Counted from the stretch's first letter, positions 29,736-41,952 are shown. The stretch: 64,000 nucleotides of DNA from Anaeromyxobacteraceae bacterium (GCA_047602405.1 JASGHJ010000002.1:2912001-2976000), one strand, 5' to 3'. Program-made: numbers and translations. Notes: a model not told the origin generated them from the letters alone.

Positions 29736-32282
29736 ATGACCCTCCGCACGCGCATCCTCCTCCTGATCGGCCTGTTCGGCCTCGGCTTCGCGGTCCTCAC
29801 GTTCGTCGAGCTGGGCCGCCTCGAGCGCGTCGCCCTCGGGCTCGCGATCCTCGCGCTGACGGGCGTCGCGGCCTGGCGGATCGACCTCAGGCTGCGCCGC
29901 ACCTTCGGCGCGCTCGGCGGCCAGCTCTCCCTCGCGGAGGCGGCGATCTCGCGCGGGCAGCTGTCGTACCGGGCCCGGCCGGAGGCGGTCGACGAGGAGT
30001 TCCGGCCGCTCGTCGCCGGCCTCAACCACACCCTCGACGCGTTCGAGGCGCCCATCCGCGAGGCCGCCCGCGTCATCGGCGACATCGCGAACGGCCAGCC
30101 GCTCACGCCGGTCACCGCCCGGTACCAGGGCGACTTCGACGCCCTCAGGGACGACCTCAACGAGGTCGTCTCGATGGTGCTGGCGCGCGGCAGGGAGATC
30201 GACCGCCTGCTCGCGAGCGCCGTCGAGGGCAAGCTCGACGTCCGCGGCAACGCCGCCCTGTTCAAGGGCGCCAACAACAAGGTCGTCGCCGGCATCAACG
30301 GCATGCTCGACGCGCTCGTGCGGCCGCTGCAGGCCTCCGCGCAGGTCGTCGCGGCCATCTCCCGCGGCGAGCTCCCGCCCCGCATGCAGGGCGAGGCGCG
30401 CGGCGAGTTCGCCGTGCTGAACGAGAACCTCAACGCCTGCATCGACTCGGTCAACGCGCTCGTCGCCGACACCCGCGCGCTCGCCGACGGGGCGATCGCG
30501 GGCAGGCTCGAGGTGCGCGCCGACGCGACCCGGCACCGCGGCGACTTCAGGAAGATCGTCGAGGGCGTCAACGCCACGCTCGACGCGCTCGTGGGCCCGC
30601 TCCAGAAGGCGGCCGACGCCTTCGACCGGATCTCCCGCGGCGACGTGCCCTCACCCATCACCGAGGAATGGCGGGGCGACTTCAGGAAGGTGCGGGAGAG
30701 CCTCAACACCTCGATCGCCGCGATCACCCGGCTGGTCAACGACAGCTCCGCGCTCGTGGACGGCGCGGTCAACGGCCACCTCTCGATGCGGGCCGACGCG
30801 AAGGCGCACCAGGGCGACTTCGCCGCGATCATGGACGGCATGAACCGCACGCTCGACGCGGTGATCGCGCCGGTGGCGGAGGCGGACAAGGTCCTCTCGG
30901 AGCTCGCGAAGCGCAACCTGAAGGCGCGCGTGACCGGCGCCTACCGCGGCGAGCACGCCCGCATCAAGCGCTCCACGAACGCGACCGCGCAGGCGCTCCA
31001 CGACGCGCTCCTGCAGGTGGCGGGTGGCACCGAGCAGGTCTCCTCTGCGGCCACGCAGATCGCGGCGTCCTCGCAGGCGGTCGCGGCGGGCGCGTCCGAG
31101 CAGGCGGCCGCCATCCAGGCCTCCTCCGAGAGCCTGGTGTCGGTCACATCCATCACCGAGCAGGCCGCCGGCGACGCGCAGAAGGCGAACGCGCTCGCGC
31201 GCGAGGCCCGCACCTCGGCGGAGGACGGCGCGAAGTCGATGGACGAGATGCAGGCCACGATGAACCGCATCCGCGCCTCCGCCGAGAGCACCTCGCAGAT
31301 CATCAAGGACATCAACGAGATCGCGTTCCAGACCAACCTGCTCGCCCTCAACGCCGCGGTCGAGGCCGCGCGCGCCGGCGAGGCCGGGCGCGGCTTCGCG
31401 GTCGTCGCCGAGGAGGTCCGCTCGCTCGCGCTGCGCGCGAAGGAGGCGGCGCAGAAGACCGAGGGGCTCATCAAGCAGTCGGTCACGCAGGCGGGCCACG
31501 GCGAGGAGATGTCCCGGCAGGTCACGACGAAGCTCGCCGACATCGTCTCGGGCATCGGCAAGGTCTCCCAGATCGTCGACACCATCGCCTCGGCGGCGAA
31601 GGTGCAGAAGTCCGGCATCGACCAGGTCTCGAAGGCCGTCTCCGAGATGGACAAGGTCACCCAGCAGAACGCGGCGTCGGCGGAGGAGTCCTCCTCGGCC
31701 GCCTCCGAGCTCTCCGCCCAGGCCGACGAGCTCGCCGAGATGGTGTCGAGCTTCCAGCTCGACCGCGAGCAGAAGGCGCTCGTCGTCGGGGGCAACGGCA
31801 CGCGCTCGGACGACGAGGACGACGACTCCACGCTGGTGTGGACGCCGGCCATCGCCGTCGGCCACCACGACATCGACACGCAGCACCAGGAGCTGTTCCG
31901 CCGCCTCGGCCAGCTCCTCGACGCGGTGCGGTCGGGGCGCAGCGCCGAGATCGGCCGCCTCTTCGACTTCCTCGGCGTCTACTGCGTCGACCACTTCGGC
32001 ATGGAGCAGACGCTGATGGAGCAGACCGGGTACCCCGACTACCCGATGCACAAGGCCGCCCACCAGCGCTTCATCAAGACGTACCAGGACCTCCAGGCGT
32101 CGTTCGGCGCGCAGGGCGCCACCGCCGACCTCACCCAGAAGCTCCGCGGGTGGATCGGCGACTGGCTCTGGGCGCACATCGGCCAGACCGACCGCAAGCT
32201 CGCGGGCTTCCTCCAGCAGCGCGGGATCGTCGAGACCCCGGCGCTCCCGGAGCGGTCGCGCGGGCCGGTCGTGACGTTCTAG
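29736..32282 (+). CDS. Methyl-accepting chemotaxis protein with poly-HAMP array and C-terminal bacteriohemerythrin
   Basis: Two TM helices, repeated G[DE]F...N..LD HAMP units, [34 protein letters not shown], then IDTQH/HFGME/HKAAH/HIGQTD. Confidence 0.93.
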   Translation: MTLRTRILLLIGLFGLGFAVLTFVELGRLERVALGLAILALTGVAAWRIDLRLRRTFGALGGQLSLAEAAISRGQLSYRARPEAVDEEFRPLVAGLNHTLDAFEAPIREAARVIGDIANGQPLTPVTARYQGDFDALRDDLNEVVSMVLARGREIDRLLASAVEGKLDVRGNAALFKGANNKVVAGINGMLDALVRPLQASAQVVAAISRGELPPRMQGEARGEFAVLNENLNACIDSVNALVADTRALADGAIAGRLEVRADATRHRGDFRKIVEGVNATLDALVGPLQKAADAFDRISRGDVPSPITEEWRGDFRKVRESLNTSIAAITRLVNDSSALVDGAVNGHLSMRADAKAHQGDFAAIMDGMNRTLDAVIAPVAEADKVLSELAKRNLKARVTGAYRGEHARIKRSTNATAQALHDALLQVAGGTEQVSSAATQIAASSQAVAAGASEQAAAIQASSESLVSVTSITEQAAGDAQKANALAREARTSAEDGAKSMDEMQATMNRIRASAESTSQIIKDINEIAFQTNLLALNAAVEAARAGEAGRGFAVVAEEVRSLALRAKEAAQKTEGLIKQSVTQAGHGEEMSRQVTTKLADIVSGIGKVSQIVDTIASAAKVQKSGIDQVSKAVSEMDKVTQQNAASAEESSSAASELSAQADELAEMVSSFQLDREQKALVVGGNGTRSDDEDDDSTLVWTPAIAVGHHDIDTQHQELFRRLGQLLDAVRSGRSAEIGRLFDFLGVYCVDHFGMEQTLMEQTGYPDYPMHKAAHQRFIKTYQDLQASFGAQGATADLTQKLRGWIGDWLWAHIGQTDRKLAGFLQQRGIVETPALPERSRGPVVTF

Positions 32283-32327
32283 GCGCGCGCCCGCGGCGAT
32301 CGTGCCGCACCCGGAGATCGCGCCAGG

Positions 32328-34990
32328 GTGGTACGAAGCCTCGTGCACCGCCCGCTCTCCCTCGCCGCGATCCTGCTCGCCTCGGCGTGCGCTCGCGACC
32401 CGGCGGCCCTCCCGGTCGGGCTCACCACCGAGGGCGAGGTGGCGCCGCTCTCGGTGGACGTCGCCGCGCCGCGGCTCGCCTGGCGCCTCGCGCCGGGCGG
32501 CGCGGGCGCGCGCCAGACCGCGTACGCGCTCGACGTGCGGCGCGAGCCCGGCGGCGAGGCGATTCTGGTCGAGCGGCGCCGTCCGGAGCGACGCCACCCG
32601 GGTCGCCTACGCGGGGCCTCCGCTCGCTCCGGGGACGGCGCACTCCTGGAGCGTCCGCGCGGCGGACGGCGCGGGGCGCTGGTCGAGCCCGAGCGCCCGG
32701 GCGCGCTTCGAGACCGCCCCGGAGCCGGCCGGCTTCACCGCCCGGTGGAATCGGGCGGGACGAGCCCCGGCCCGGCCTCACCGTCCGGATCACGCCCTCC
32801 CCGCTCCTCCGCAGGACCTTCACGCTCGCCGCGCCCGCCGCCCACGCGGTGCTGCGGATCTGCGGGCTCGGGCTCCACGAGGTCGCGATCGACGGCGCGC
32901 GCGTGGGGGACGACGTGCTCGGCCCCGCGTTCACCGGGTACGACCGGCGCGTCGCCTACGACACGTACGACGTGACCTCGCTGCTCGGCGCCGGCGCGCA
33001 CGCGCTCGCGGTGCGGCTCGGGCGCGGGTTCTACGCGACCTCCGGCCTCGACGGCTACGGCTGGAACCAGGCGGCCTGGAACGCGCCGCACGCGCTCCTC
33101 GTCCAGCTCGACGTCACGCTCACGACCGGCGAGACGATCCGCGTCGTGAGCGACGGGAGCTGGCGCGTCGCCGACGGCCCCACGCGCAGCGACGGCGTGC
33201 GGACCGGCGAGCGGCACGACGCGCGGGAGGAGCCGGCGGGCTGGATGGATCCCGGCTTCGACGACGGCGGGTGGGCGCCCGCCGAGGAGGTGGCGGGACC
33301 GCGCGGCGCGCTCCGCGCGCGGATGGGCCCGGCGGTGCGCGTCGTCGAGACGCTCGCGCCGGTCGCCGTCACCTCGCCCGCGCCCGGCGTGCGGGTCTTC
33401 GATCTCGGCCGGGTGACGGCCGGCTGGGCGCGCGTCACGGTGCGAGGGCTCCGCGGCGAGGCCGTGACGCTGCGCTACGGCGAGAAGCTCGCCCCCGGCG
33501 GCGCGGTCGACGCCTCGGTGATGTACGCGGGTCCGCAGGAGGACACGTACGTCCTCGCGGGCGGCGGCGCCGAGGAGCGCTGGGAGCCGCGCTTCACCTG
33601 GCACGGGTTCCGCTACGTGGAGGTCCGCGGCGACCCCGAGGTCGTGGCGCTCGAGGGCCGCGTCGTCCACGCCGACGTCGCGCGCACCGGCGCGTTCGAG
33701 AGCTCGAGCCCGCTCCTCGACGCGATCTGGGCCGCGCAGCGGCGCACCGTCGAGCACAACCTGCAGTCGATCCCCACCGACTCGCCGCAGTACGAGAAGT
33801 CGGGGTGGGCGGCGGACGGCTGGCTGTGGGGGCGGTCGGCGCTGCTCTCCCTCGACGTGGAGCGGTTCCACGAGAAGTGGCTCGCCGACTGGCGCGACGC
33901 GCAGCGCGCCGACGGGGCGCTCGGCGTCATGGTGCCCTGGCCGGGCGCGGGCCCGTTCGCGCCGTACCTCGACGACCCGCTCTGGTCGGGCGTGCACGTG
34001 CTCCTCGCGTGGGACCTCTACCTGGAGCGCGGCGACCTCCGCGTGCTCGAGGAGAACCACGACCTCGCGCGGCGCTGGGTCGATCGCGCCGCGGCCCTCG
34101 TCGAGCCCACCGGCTCGCTCTGGACCGGCCACACCTACGGCGACTGGCTGAACCCCGGCGCCGGGTCGGACGACGCGCTCCTCGCGAGCGCGGCGCTGGC
34201 GCACGAGGCGCGCACCTTCGCCGCGAGCTGCCGCGCGCTCGGCAGGCCCGGGGAGGCGCCCGCGTACGACGCGCTCGCCGACCGGGTCGCGGCGGCGGTG
34301 AACGCGCGCTTCTTCGACCCGGCGCGGGGCGTCTACCAGGCGGAGGGCGCGCCGTACCGCCAGGCCTCGAACGCGGTCGCGGTCGCGTGGGGGATCGTGC
34401 CCGAGGGGCGCGCCCAGGCGGTGGTGGACGGGATCGCCGCCGACGTCGCCGCGCGGGGCGACCACCTCGCGACCGGCGCGTACGGGACGAAGGTGCTCCT
34501 CCCCGTGCTCACCGCGTACGGCCACGGCGACCTCGCCGTGCGGCTCGCGCTCCAGACCACCTACCCGAGCTGGGGTCACCTCGTCGGCGCGCTGGGCGCG
34601 GACACGCTCTGGGAGGGTTGGGGCGGCGACGAGCGCTCGCGCAATCACGCGTTCCTGGGCTCGGTCGTGGACTGGCTGGTCGCGGACCTCGCCGGGCTCG
34701 CGCCGCTCGAGCCCGGCTATCGCCGCCTGCGCGTCGCGCCGTTCGTGCCCTCCGCGGGGATCGACCGAGCCGCCGCCTCGCTCGAGACGCCCCACGGCCG
34801 CGCCGCCGTGCGGTGGCGGCGGGGCGCCGGGCTCGAGGTGGAGGTGCCGCCGAACACCCGCGCCGAGGTGCGGGTGCCCGCGGCGCTGCGGTCCGGCCCG
34901 TGCGACGCCGGCATGGACCTCCTGCGGCGGGAGGCGGACGCGGCGGTGTACGCGGCCGGCCCGGGCAGGCACGGGTGCGGGAGGATGTGA
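32328..34990 (+). CDS. GH78 alpha-L-rhamnosidase-family lipoprotein; frameshifts ~32563 and ~32750
   Basis: LASAC lipobox; GLGLHE, FTWHGFRYVE, IPTDSPQYEKSGWAAD, YGDW, TLWEGW, SRNH. Confidence 0.88.
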
Positions 34991-34999
34991 GGGGAGCAG

Positions 35000-35192
35000 C
35001 TACTTCTTCCCCTCGCCTTCCCCGCCGCCCTTCCCCTCCCGCGGCTCCGGCACCCCCTCGTCCTCCTCGAGCATCCGGTACTTCGCGCCCTCGGGGTCCT
35101 CGTACTGCGCCGCTCTTCACCGTCCACATGAAGAACGCCCACGCCCCGAGGCCGAGGCCGAGCGACAGGAGGATGAGGCCGGCGAGGTTCAC
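35000..35192 (-). CDS. ccoS: cbb3 oxidase maturation protein CcoS/FixS; frameshift ~35109
   Basis: TM helix then FMWTVKSG/QYEDPEGAKYRML; last gene of the cco operon. Confidence 0.85.
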
Positions 35193-35201
35193 GTCGAACT
35201 C

Positions 35202-37700
35202 CTACCGCAGCGCGCCCTTCAGGCGCGCCGAGTTGAGGACCACGATGACCGAGCTCGCCGCCATCGCGGCGGCGGCCACGATGGGGTGCAACAGGCCCAT
35301 CATCGCGAGCGGGATCGCGGTCACGTTGTAGGCGAACGCCCAGAACACGTTCTGGTGGATGACGCGCGTCGTCTTCCGGGAGAGCGTCACGAGCTCCCCG
35401 AGCAGCCGGAGGTCGTCGCGCACGAGCACGGCGTCCGCGCTCTCGAGCGTCACGTCGGTCCCGCGCCCCATCGCGACGCCCACGTCGGCCTGCGACAGCG
35501 CGGGCGCGTCGTTGATCCCGTCGCCCACGAAGAGCACCCGCCGCCGGCGCGCCTGGAGCCGCGCGACCACCTCGCGCTTGTCGACCGGCGTCGCCTCGGC
35601 GACCGCCTCGAGCCCGAGCCCGCTTGCGACCGCGGCGGTGGTCACCGGGTGGTCGCCGCTCACGATCCGCGCCGCGATCCCGGCCCCGCGCAGCGCCGCG
35701 ACGGCCGCGGGCGCCTCGTCGCGCACGACGTCCGCGACGGCGAGGAGCGCCTCGACCCGGCCCCCCCGCGCGAGGAACGCGACGGTGCGGCCCTCGGCCT
35801 CGAGCCCGCGCGCGGCCGCCTGCTCCGCGTCGCCCAGGGCGACGCCCCGCTCGGCGAGCAGCGCCCGGTTGCCGACGAGGACCGGCCGGCCGTCCACCTC
35901 GGCCTCGACGCCGCGGCCCGGGATGGCCGCGAAGCGGGCGACCTCGAGCGCCGGGCGGCCGGAATCGGCCCCACCTCCGGCCGGCCCCGCCGCGCGCGCG
36001 GCCGCGACGATCGCCCGCCCGAGGTGGTGCTCGCTGCGCGCCTCGACGGCGCCGGCGAGCGCGAGGGCCCCCTGCCCGCCGTCGCGCGCCGCCCCGCCCA
36101 CCGGCACCACCGCCACGAGCTCCGGCCTGCCGCGGGTGATCGTGCCCGTCTTGTCGAGGAGCGCGTCGGTGACCCTCCCCGCCCGCTCGAGCACGTCGCC
36201 CCCGCGGATGAGGATCCCGCGCGTCGTGGCGAGCCCGGTCGCGACGATGATGGCGACCGGCGTCGCGAGCCCGAGCGCGCACGGGCAGGCGATGACCACG
36301 ACCGCGATGCCGGTCATCACCGCCTGCTCCACCGGCGCGCCGCGCGCGAGCCAGACCGCGACCGTCCCCGCCGCGAGCACCAGCATCGCCGGCACGAAGA
36401 CCCCGACCACGCGGTCCGCCACCGCCTGGATGCGGGGCTTCTTGACCTGGGCCTCCTCGACCGCCCGCACGATGCCGGCGAGCACCGTGTCGTTGCCGGT
36501 GCGGGTCACCTCCACGTCGAGCGCGCCGTGGCCGTTCAGCGTCCCGCCGACCACCGCGGCGCCCGGGCGCTTCCCGACCGGCCGCGACTCGCCGGTCAGG
36601 AGCGACTCGTCCACCTCCGAGGCGCCCGCCCGCACGACCCCGTCCACCGGCACGCGCTCGCCGGGCACCACCCGCACGAGGTCGCCCGGCGCGAGCGAGG
36701 CGACCGCGACGGCGCGGACCACCTCGGCGCCGTCCACGCAGCGCTCCAGCCGGCGCGCCTCGCGCGGCGCGAGCGCCGAGAGCCGGGCCACCGCCTCGCT
36801 CGCCCGGCCCTTCGCGGCGGCCTCGATGTAGCGGCCCACGAGCACGAGCGTCGGGATCATCGTCGCGGTGTCGAAGTAGACCTCGCCCCCGCGCGCCATC
36901 TGCCAGAGGCTGTAGCCGAGCGCCGCCCAGGAGCCGATGACGACGAGCGCGTCCATCCCGAAGGACAGGTGCTTCAGGCCCGCCCAGGTCGCGCGGAGGA
37001 ACGGCGCGCCGGCGTAGAGCAGCACCGGCAGCGTGAGGCCGAGCGAGATCCACTCCATCAGCCGGCGCGTCGCCGCGTCGATGTCCTGGAAGTACCCGGC
37101 GTAGAGCGCCGCCTGGTAGATCATGAGCTGCGAGGCGAGGAACCCCGCCGTCCCGAGCCGCACGAGCAGGTCCCGCACCTCCGCCCGCCGCGCCTCCGCC
37201 TGCCCGCCCTCGCTCCAGGGCTTCGGCACGTACCCCGCGGCGCGGATCCGCCCCAGCACCACCTCGAGCGGCGCCGCGGCGGGATCGAACCGGATGCTCG
37301 CCTTGTGCGTCGCGTAGTTCACCCGCGCGTAGGAGACGCCGGGCGTCTTCTGCAGCATCCGCTCGTTCAGCCAGACGCAGGAGGCGCAGTGGATCCCGTC
37401 GATGTAGACGTCCACCTCGACCGTGTTCCCTGCCGCCATGCCCGCCTCGGCGCCGCCGCCGTGGCGCACGGCCTCCCGGATGGCGGCGAGGTCCGGCTCC
37501 GGCAGCGACGACACCGCCTGGCCGGGCCCCTCCCACCTCCGCGAGGCGTAGTAGCTCCCGAGCCCCTCGGCGTGGACCAGCTCGAAGACGCCGCGGCACC
37601 CCACGCAGCAGAACACGCGCTCCACGCCGCCGACGACCGCCCGCACCGCGTCGTGCGGCGGGACCGGCAACAGGCAGTGTGCGCACCCCGGCTCGCTCAC
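35202..37700 (-). CDS. ccoI: Cu-translocating P1B ATPase CcoI/FixI
   Basis: CAHC...[37 protein letters not shown] start at 37700. Confidence 0.92.
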   Translation of the reverse strand: MSEPGCAHCLLPVPPHDAVRAVVGGVERVFCCVGCRGVFELVHAEGLGSYYASRRWEGPGQAVSSLPEPDLAAIREAVRHGGGAEAGMAAGNTVEVDVYIDGIHCASCVWLNERMLQKTPGVSYARVNYATHKASIRFDPAAAPLEVVLGRIRAAGYVPKPWSEGGQAEARRAEVRDLLVRLGTAGFLASQLMIYQAALYAGYFQDIDAATRRLMEWISLGLTLPVLLYAGAPFLRATWAGLKHLSFGMDALVVIGSWAALGYSLWQMARGGEVYFDTATMIPTLVLVGRYIEAAAKGRASEAVARLSALAPREARRLERCVDGAEVVRAVAVASLAPGDLVRVVPGERVPVDGVVRAGASEVDESLLTGESRPVGKRPGAAVVGGTLNGHGALDVEVTRTGNDTVLAGIVRAVEEAQVKKPRIQAVADRVVGVFVPAMLVLAAGTVAVWLARGAPVEQAVMTGIAVVVIACPCALGLATPVAIIVATGLATTRGILIRGGDVLERAGRVTDALLDKTGTITRGRPELVAVVPVGGAARDGGQGALALAGAVEARSEHHLGRAIVAAARAAGPAGGGADSGRPALEVARFAAIPGRGVEAEVDGRPVLVGNRALLAERGVALGDAEQAAARGLEAEGRTVAFLARGGRVEALLAVADVVRDEAPAAVAALRGAGIAARIVSGDHPVTTAAVASGLGLEAVAEATPVDKREVVARLQARRRRVLFVGDGINDAPALSQADVGVAMGRGTDVTLESADAVLVRDDLRLLGELVTLSRKTTRVIHQNVFWAFAYNVTAIPLAMMGLLHPIVAAAAMAASSVIVVLNSARLKGALR

Positions 37701-38390
37701 CCGTGCAGCCCGCGCCAGACGAAGAGGCACGCCCATGGCCGCCACGAGGACGCCGCCGAGCCGGTACAGCACGCCCCGCGCCTTCACCGAGAGCCACGCC
37801 CCGGCCGCGCCCGCCGCGAGCAGGGCCGGGAGGGTCCCGAGCCCGAAGGCGAGCGACAGGGCGAGCCCCTCGCCGAGGCTGCCCGTGCCCGCGGCCCCGA
37901 GGAACGCGGTCCACGAGAGGCCGCACGGCAGGAACCCGAGCGCGAGGCCCGCCGGGTAGAGGCTCCCGGGCGCGGCGCCGAGCACCCCGCGCACCTTGCG
38001 CAGGAGCCGGCCCGAGGCCTCGGCCTCGAGCCGCCTCAGGAGCCCGGAGGCGCCGGACGCCCCGAGGCCGAGCAGGATCATGAAGATCCCGGCGACGACC
38101 GCGACCGCCTGCGAGAGGCCCGCGAGCCGGCCGGCGACGTTCACGAACGCGCCGGTCAGCCCGAGGATCCCGCCGAGCACGGTGTACGTGGTGATCCGCC
38201 CGGCGTGGTACGCGAGCTGGCCCCTCAGCGCGTGCGCCGCGGCGGCGCGCCCGCCGGCGGCCTGGCCCGCGGCGGCCGGGCTCCCCGCCGACAGCACCAT
38301 CGCGCCGACGAGCGGCCCGCACATGCCGATGCAGTGGCCGAAGCCACCGAGGAACCCGGTGGCGAGCGCCATCGCGACGGCGTCGGTCAC
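37697..38390 (-). CDS. TauE/SafE / DsbD_2-type membrane protein of cco clusters; apparent fusion to ccoI arises from a +1 indel ~37728
   Basis: [27 protein letters not shown]. Removing one C gives [16 protein letters not shown] with a GTGA overlap onto ccoI. Confidence 0.85.
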
Positions 38391-38403
38391 GCGACGGCCC
38401 CGC

Positions 38404-39246
38404 TCACTCGACCACCTCGAACGGGAACCGCGCGGTGCGCGTCGCCTCGAGCGGCGCAGCCTGGCCGGCCCCGGCCCGGCCGGGCAAGGTCACCTCCACG
38501 ATGGCCTCCCAGTCCTTCCGTCCGGACATGCAGCGGACCACCGTCGCCGCGCCCACGTAGCGCCCCGGCGCGTCCTCCCTCAGGACGACGACGTTCGGGC
38601 CCATCTCCATGCCGGGCATCGCGAGCGTCACCTTGACCGCGGCGCCCGCGACGGGCTTGCCGCCCGCGGCGAGGCGCGCGACGGCCGCGAGCGAGGCCAT
38701 GGCCTTCAGGGGCCGGGGCCCGAGCTCGAGCGTCAGCTCGGCGTCGCCGGCGGGCAGCGTGCAGGGGCCGGCGCCGAGGTCGCAGGCGTCGGCGGAGCGG
38801 ACGGCCTTCTCGATGCGCAGGCGGTCGGGCCCCTTCGAGACGTCGAACGTCACGAGCCACTCGCCCCGGCCGGACACGCCGGTGTCGGCCGCCCAGCGGC
38901 CCGGCCCGATCGCGACCGCCCTCGCGCGCTTCACGTCGCGCGAGGTGTCCGGGCGGGAGAGCGCGACCTCGACCTCGGCGCCGTCGAGGGGCCTCCCGGC
39001 GCCGTCGAGCACCGCGAAGGTGATGGTGCCCGCGCCCGCGGCGACCGCCCCACCCTCGACCTTCACGTCCCAGCGGAGCCGCTCGCGGGCGGCGCGGTCG
39101 GCGCCCTGGCGCAGCCCCTCCTCGTAGGGCTTCGCGACGACCGTCTCCTCGCGCACCTTCGAGCCGACCCACATCGTGAGGGCCACGGTGCCCAGCGCCC
39201 CCACGGTGGCCACCGCGACGACGACGTTGAGGGTCGGGTTCCGCAT
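38404..39246 (-). CDS. ccoH: FixH/CcoH-family protein with YtkA-like domain
   Basis: N-terminal anchor, VVAKPYEEG, two Ig-like halves, MPGMEMG; position between ccoG and ccoI. Confidence 0.7.
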   Translation of the reverse strand: MRNPTLNVVVAVATVGALGTVALTMWVGSKVREETVVAKPYEEGLRQGADRAARERLRWDVKVEGGAVAAGAGTITFAVLDGAGRPLDGAEVEVALSRPDTSRDVKRARAVAIGPGRWAADTGVSGRGEWLVTFDVSKGPDRLRIEKAVRSADACDLGAGPCTLPAGDAELTLELGPRPLKAMASLAAVARLAAGGKPVAGAAVKVTLAMPGMEMGPNVVVLREDAPGRYVGAATVVRCMSGRKDWEAIVEVTLPGRAGAGQAAPLEATRTARFPFEVVE

Positions 39247-39259
39247 CGGGGCCGCTCCT

Positions 39260-40483
39260 TCAGTGCGCCCCGGGGGTCGTGATCGCGAGCGGGCGAGACC
39301 GGCGCTCCGGGGGGTGAGCGTCCGACCAGCGGGCCTCGGCGACGAGCTCGCCGTGCGCGAGGCCGGGCGCGAGTGTACGCGCCGTGGCGACCACGCGGAA
39401 CTGCCGCCGCTCGCCGGCCGCGAGGGAGAGCGTCGCCGGGTGGAGCTCGAGCGCCTCGCCGCCCGCGGCCATCGCGAGCGACACGTCCGCGGCGGCGCGG
39501 CCGCGGTTCTCGAGCGCCACCGAGTAGGCGGCGAGCACGCGCCCGTCCGCCGCGCGGCGGGTGCGGAAGGCGGCGTCGGCCATGGCGTCGACGGTGAGGA
39601 GCGGCCGGCGGGCGACGATCACCCCGAGCAGGAGGGCGAGGAGCACCGTCGCGCCGGCGAGCGCCGCCACCACGGGCCGGAGCGGGCGCGGCGGCTGGCC
39701 GAACTCGCCGTGCGCGTAGCCCACGAGGTCGGGGGCGCGCTTCAGCTTCGCCATGATGGGCTGGCAGGCGTCGATGCACTGCCCGCAGGCGATGCAGCCC
39801 ATCTGCAGGCCGTCCCGGATGTCGATGCCGGTCGGGCAGACCCGCACGCACGCGCGGCAGTCGACGCAGTCCGCGTCGCGTCGCCGGTCGTAGGCGACGA
39901 CGAGGGTGTGCCGGTCGAAGAGGACGCCCTGCAGCTTCGCGTACGGGCAGGCGGTGGCGCAGAAGTCCGCGCGCAGGAACGCGAGGTCGAGGAAGAGGAC
40001 GCCGGCGGTGACGAGCCAGCCCCACAGGGCGGGCGCCGGGAGCGTGCCGGCGAGGAGCCCCCGGAAGAAGTCGCCGGGGGGGACGAAGTACCAGACGACC
40101 GCGGCGCCCACCGCGAGCGAGACGAGCGCCGTGAGCGCGAACCCGGCGGGCCGGCGCCAGCGCCGAGGCAGCTTTCGCTGCTCGGGCTCGATCCAGCGGG
40201 TGACGTCGCCCAGCACCGTCTGCGGGCAGCCCCAGCCGCACCAGACGCGGCCGGCGAGCAAGGTGACCGCGAGGAACAGGAAGGTGAGGACCAGGGTGGC
40301 GAGCAGCACCACCCAGGCCTCTCCGAGCACGAACGACGCGCCGAACGCGTGGAGCCGGCCCGTCGGGACGTCGAGGCGGAGCGCGCTCTCCCCGCCGACG
40401 GTCACGAAGGGCAGCCCGAACCAGGCGGCGGCCTGGGCTGCCCCTGCGACGCGGCGCCAGCGGTGGAGCCTACCGGTCGTCAT
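39260..40483 (-). CDS. ccoG: CcoG/FixG 4Fe-4S membrane protein
   Basis: WCGWGCPQ, FCATACPY, CVDCRACVRVCPTGIDIR, CIACGQCIDAC. Confidence 0.93.
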   Translation of the reverse strand: MTTGRLHRWRRVAGAAQAAAWFGLPFVTVGGESALRLDVPTGRLHAFGASFVLGEAWVVLLATLVLTFLFLAVTLLAGRVWCGWGCPQTVLGDVTRWIEPEQRKLPRRWRRPAGFALTALVSLAVGAAVVWYFVPPGDFFRGLLAGTLPAPALWGWLVTAGVLFLDLAFLRADFCATACPYAKLQGVLFDRHTLVVAYDRRRDADCVDCRACVRVCPTGIDIRDGLQMGCIACGQCIDACQPIMAKLKRAPDLVGYAHGEFGQPPRPLRPVVAALAGATVLLALLLGVIVARRPLLTVDAMADAAFRTRRAADGRVLAAYSVALENRGRAAADVSLAMAAGGEALELHPATLSLAAGERRQFRVVATARTLAPGLAHGELVAEARWSDAHPPERRSRPLAITTPGAH

Positions 40484-40613
40484 CCTCGAGCATCTTGTAC
40501 TTCGGCGCCTCGACCCGGTCCTTGCGGCGTCGCGAGTACGAGACGGCCGTGATGCCGACGAGGAGCACCACGAGCGTGATGCCGAAGACGAGGTAGGCGA
40601 CGTCCGGGGTCAT
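40470..40613 (-). CDS. ccoQ: cbb3 oxidase small subunit CcoQ
   Basis: 47 aa; one TM helix then RKDRVEAPKYKMLEDD. Confidence 0.75.
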   Translation of the reverse strand: MTPDVAYLVFGITLVVLLVGITAVSYSRRRKDRVEAPKYKMLEDDDR

Positions 40614-40623
40614 GGCGCCGAGC

Positions 40624-40914
40624 CTAGACCTTCTTCTTCTTCGTCGCGAACATGACCCAGAGCCCGAGCGCGGCCAGGGACGGCAGGATCGTGAACGCGA
40701 GCGTGGCGACGAGGTTCGAGCCGAAGGCCGCGCCGCCGCCGTCGGCGTCCTGGGCCTGCGACCAGCCACCGAGCGCCGGCGAGTTGGTCCACAGGTAGTA
40801 GGGCATCCAGAGCACGAGGCCCCAGAACAGGATCGCCCAGCCCACCGGCACCTTGTGGGAGGTCTCCTTGGCCTCGAACTTCGAGAGATCGTCGTTCAGG
40901 TCGAGATCGGCCAT
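40624..40914 (-). CDS. CcoP N-terminal (FixP_N-like) membrane protein lacking heme domains
   Basis: HKVPVGWAILFWG...YY...GWSQ resembles the CcoP N-terminus; no CxxCH. Confidence 0.6.
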   Translation of the reverse strand: MADLDLNDDLSKFEAKETSHKVPVGWAILFWGLVLWMPYYLWTNSPALGGWSQAQDADGGGAAFGSNLVATLAFTILPSLAALGLWVMFATKKKKV

Positions 40915-40917
40915 GGC

Positions 40918-41940
40918 CTACTCCTTCCCCGTTCCGTGGGTGGTGCCGCCGTGATCGGCTTCCTCGTGCCGCTTGTGCGCGCGCAGCCAGGTGACGAGCG
41001 CCCAGGCGTCGTCCTCGGCGAGCTCCGCGGCGGGCATGCCGCCGTCGGCGCGGCCGGGGCGGCCGAGCGCGGGCTTCGCGTCGCTGCCGAAGGTGATCAT
41101 GCCGACGTAGGCCGCGTCGGGCATGTCGCCGGCGACCTCGAGGAACCGGTCGTCGATGAGGCTCGGGGCGACGCCGTCGATGCCCTCGCCCTCCTCGCCG
41201 TGGCAGGCCGCGCAGCCGTTGTCCTCGAAGACCCGGCGGCCGCGCTTCGCGGCCTCGGCGTTGCCGGCGAGCGGGTTCGCCTCGGCGAGGTCGATGGAGG
41301 TGGGCTTCTTCGAGCGGTCGACCGCCTTGCCGAGCGAGACGACGTAGGCGACGAGCGCGTCGAGCTCGTTCCTGCCGCCCACCGCGGCGGGCGCGCCGGC
41401 GATGTCCTCGTCGGTGTACGGCACGCCGACGGTCCGGAGCGCGCGCATGTGCGCCTGGAGCTCGGCGGCGTCGATCGACTCCCGCTTCAGGAACGCGTAG
41501 GCCGGCATGTTGGAGCGCGGCACGAGCGCCTGCGGGTTCTCGAGGTGCTGGGCCTGCCAGTCCCTCGACGGCTTGATCCAGCCCTCGAACGCGAGGTCGG
41601 GGCCGGTGCGCTTCGAGCCCCACAGGAACGGGTGGTCGTAGGCGAACTCGCCGGCGAGCGAGTAGCGCGCGCCCGGGACCTCGGCGCGGCTGCCCTTGTA
41701 CCGGACGATCTCGGAGCGGAGCGGGCGGACCGTCTGCGTGTGGCAGGCGTTGCAGCTCTCGCGCTGGTACACGTCGCGCCCGGCGAGCTCGAGGGCGCCG
41801 AGCGGCTTCAGGCCCGGCACCTTCTGCTGCATGTCCTGCCGGAAGATCGGGTACGCCATCGTGACGATGGACCCGACGAGCACCGTCACCGCGACGAGGA
41901 CCGTGAAGAGGACCGGCTGCGAGTAGATCTTGTTGGCCAT
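40918..41940 (-). CDS. ccoO: cbb3 oxidase subunit II (CcoO) fused to an additional cytochrome c domain
   Basis: GRDVYQRESCNACHTQ, WGSKRTGPDL, SNMPAY; second CAACH and GMPA. Confidence 0.92.
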   Translation of the reverse strand: MANKIYSQPVLFTVLVAVTVLVGSIVTMAYPIFRQDMQQKVPGLKPLGALELAGRDVYQRESCNACHTQTVRPLRSEIVRYKGSRAEVPGARYSLAGEFAYDHPFLWGSKRTGPDLAFEGWIKPSRDWQAQHLENPQALVPRSNMPAYAFLKRESIDAAELQAHMRALRTVGVPYTDEDIAGAPAAVGGRNELDALVAYVVSLGKAVDRSKKPTSIDLAEANPLAGNAEAAKRGRRVFEDNGCAACHGEEGEGIDGVAPSLIDDRFLEVAGDMPDAAYVGMITFGSDAKPALGRPGRADGGMPAAELAEDDAWALVTWLRAHKRHEEADHGGTTHGTGKE

Positions 41941-41952
41941 GGTCGTCTCCCC

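Noticed and set aside
29663..34990. 1775-aa ORF suggesting a chemoreceptor-rhamnosidase fusion
   Set aside because: The N-terminal part is an off-frame reading of the MCP; only the portion after about 32750 is the real GH78 frame.
35202..38390. Apparent 1062-aa TauE/DsbD_2-CcoI fusion
   Set aside because: Deleting one C near 37728 gives a normal hydrophobic C-terminus and a GTGA stop/start overlap, so it is most likely an indel artefact.
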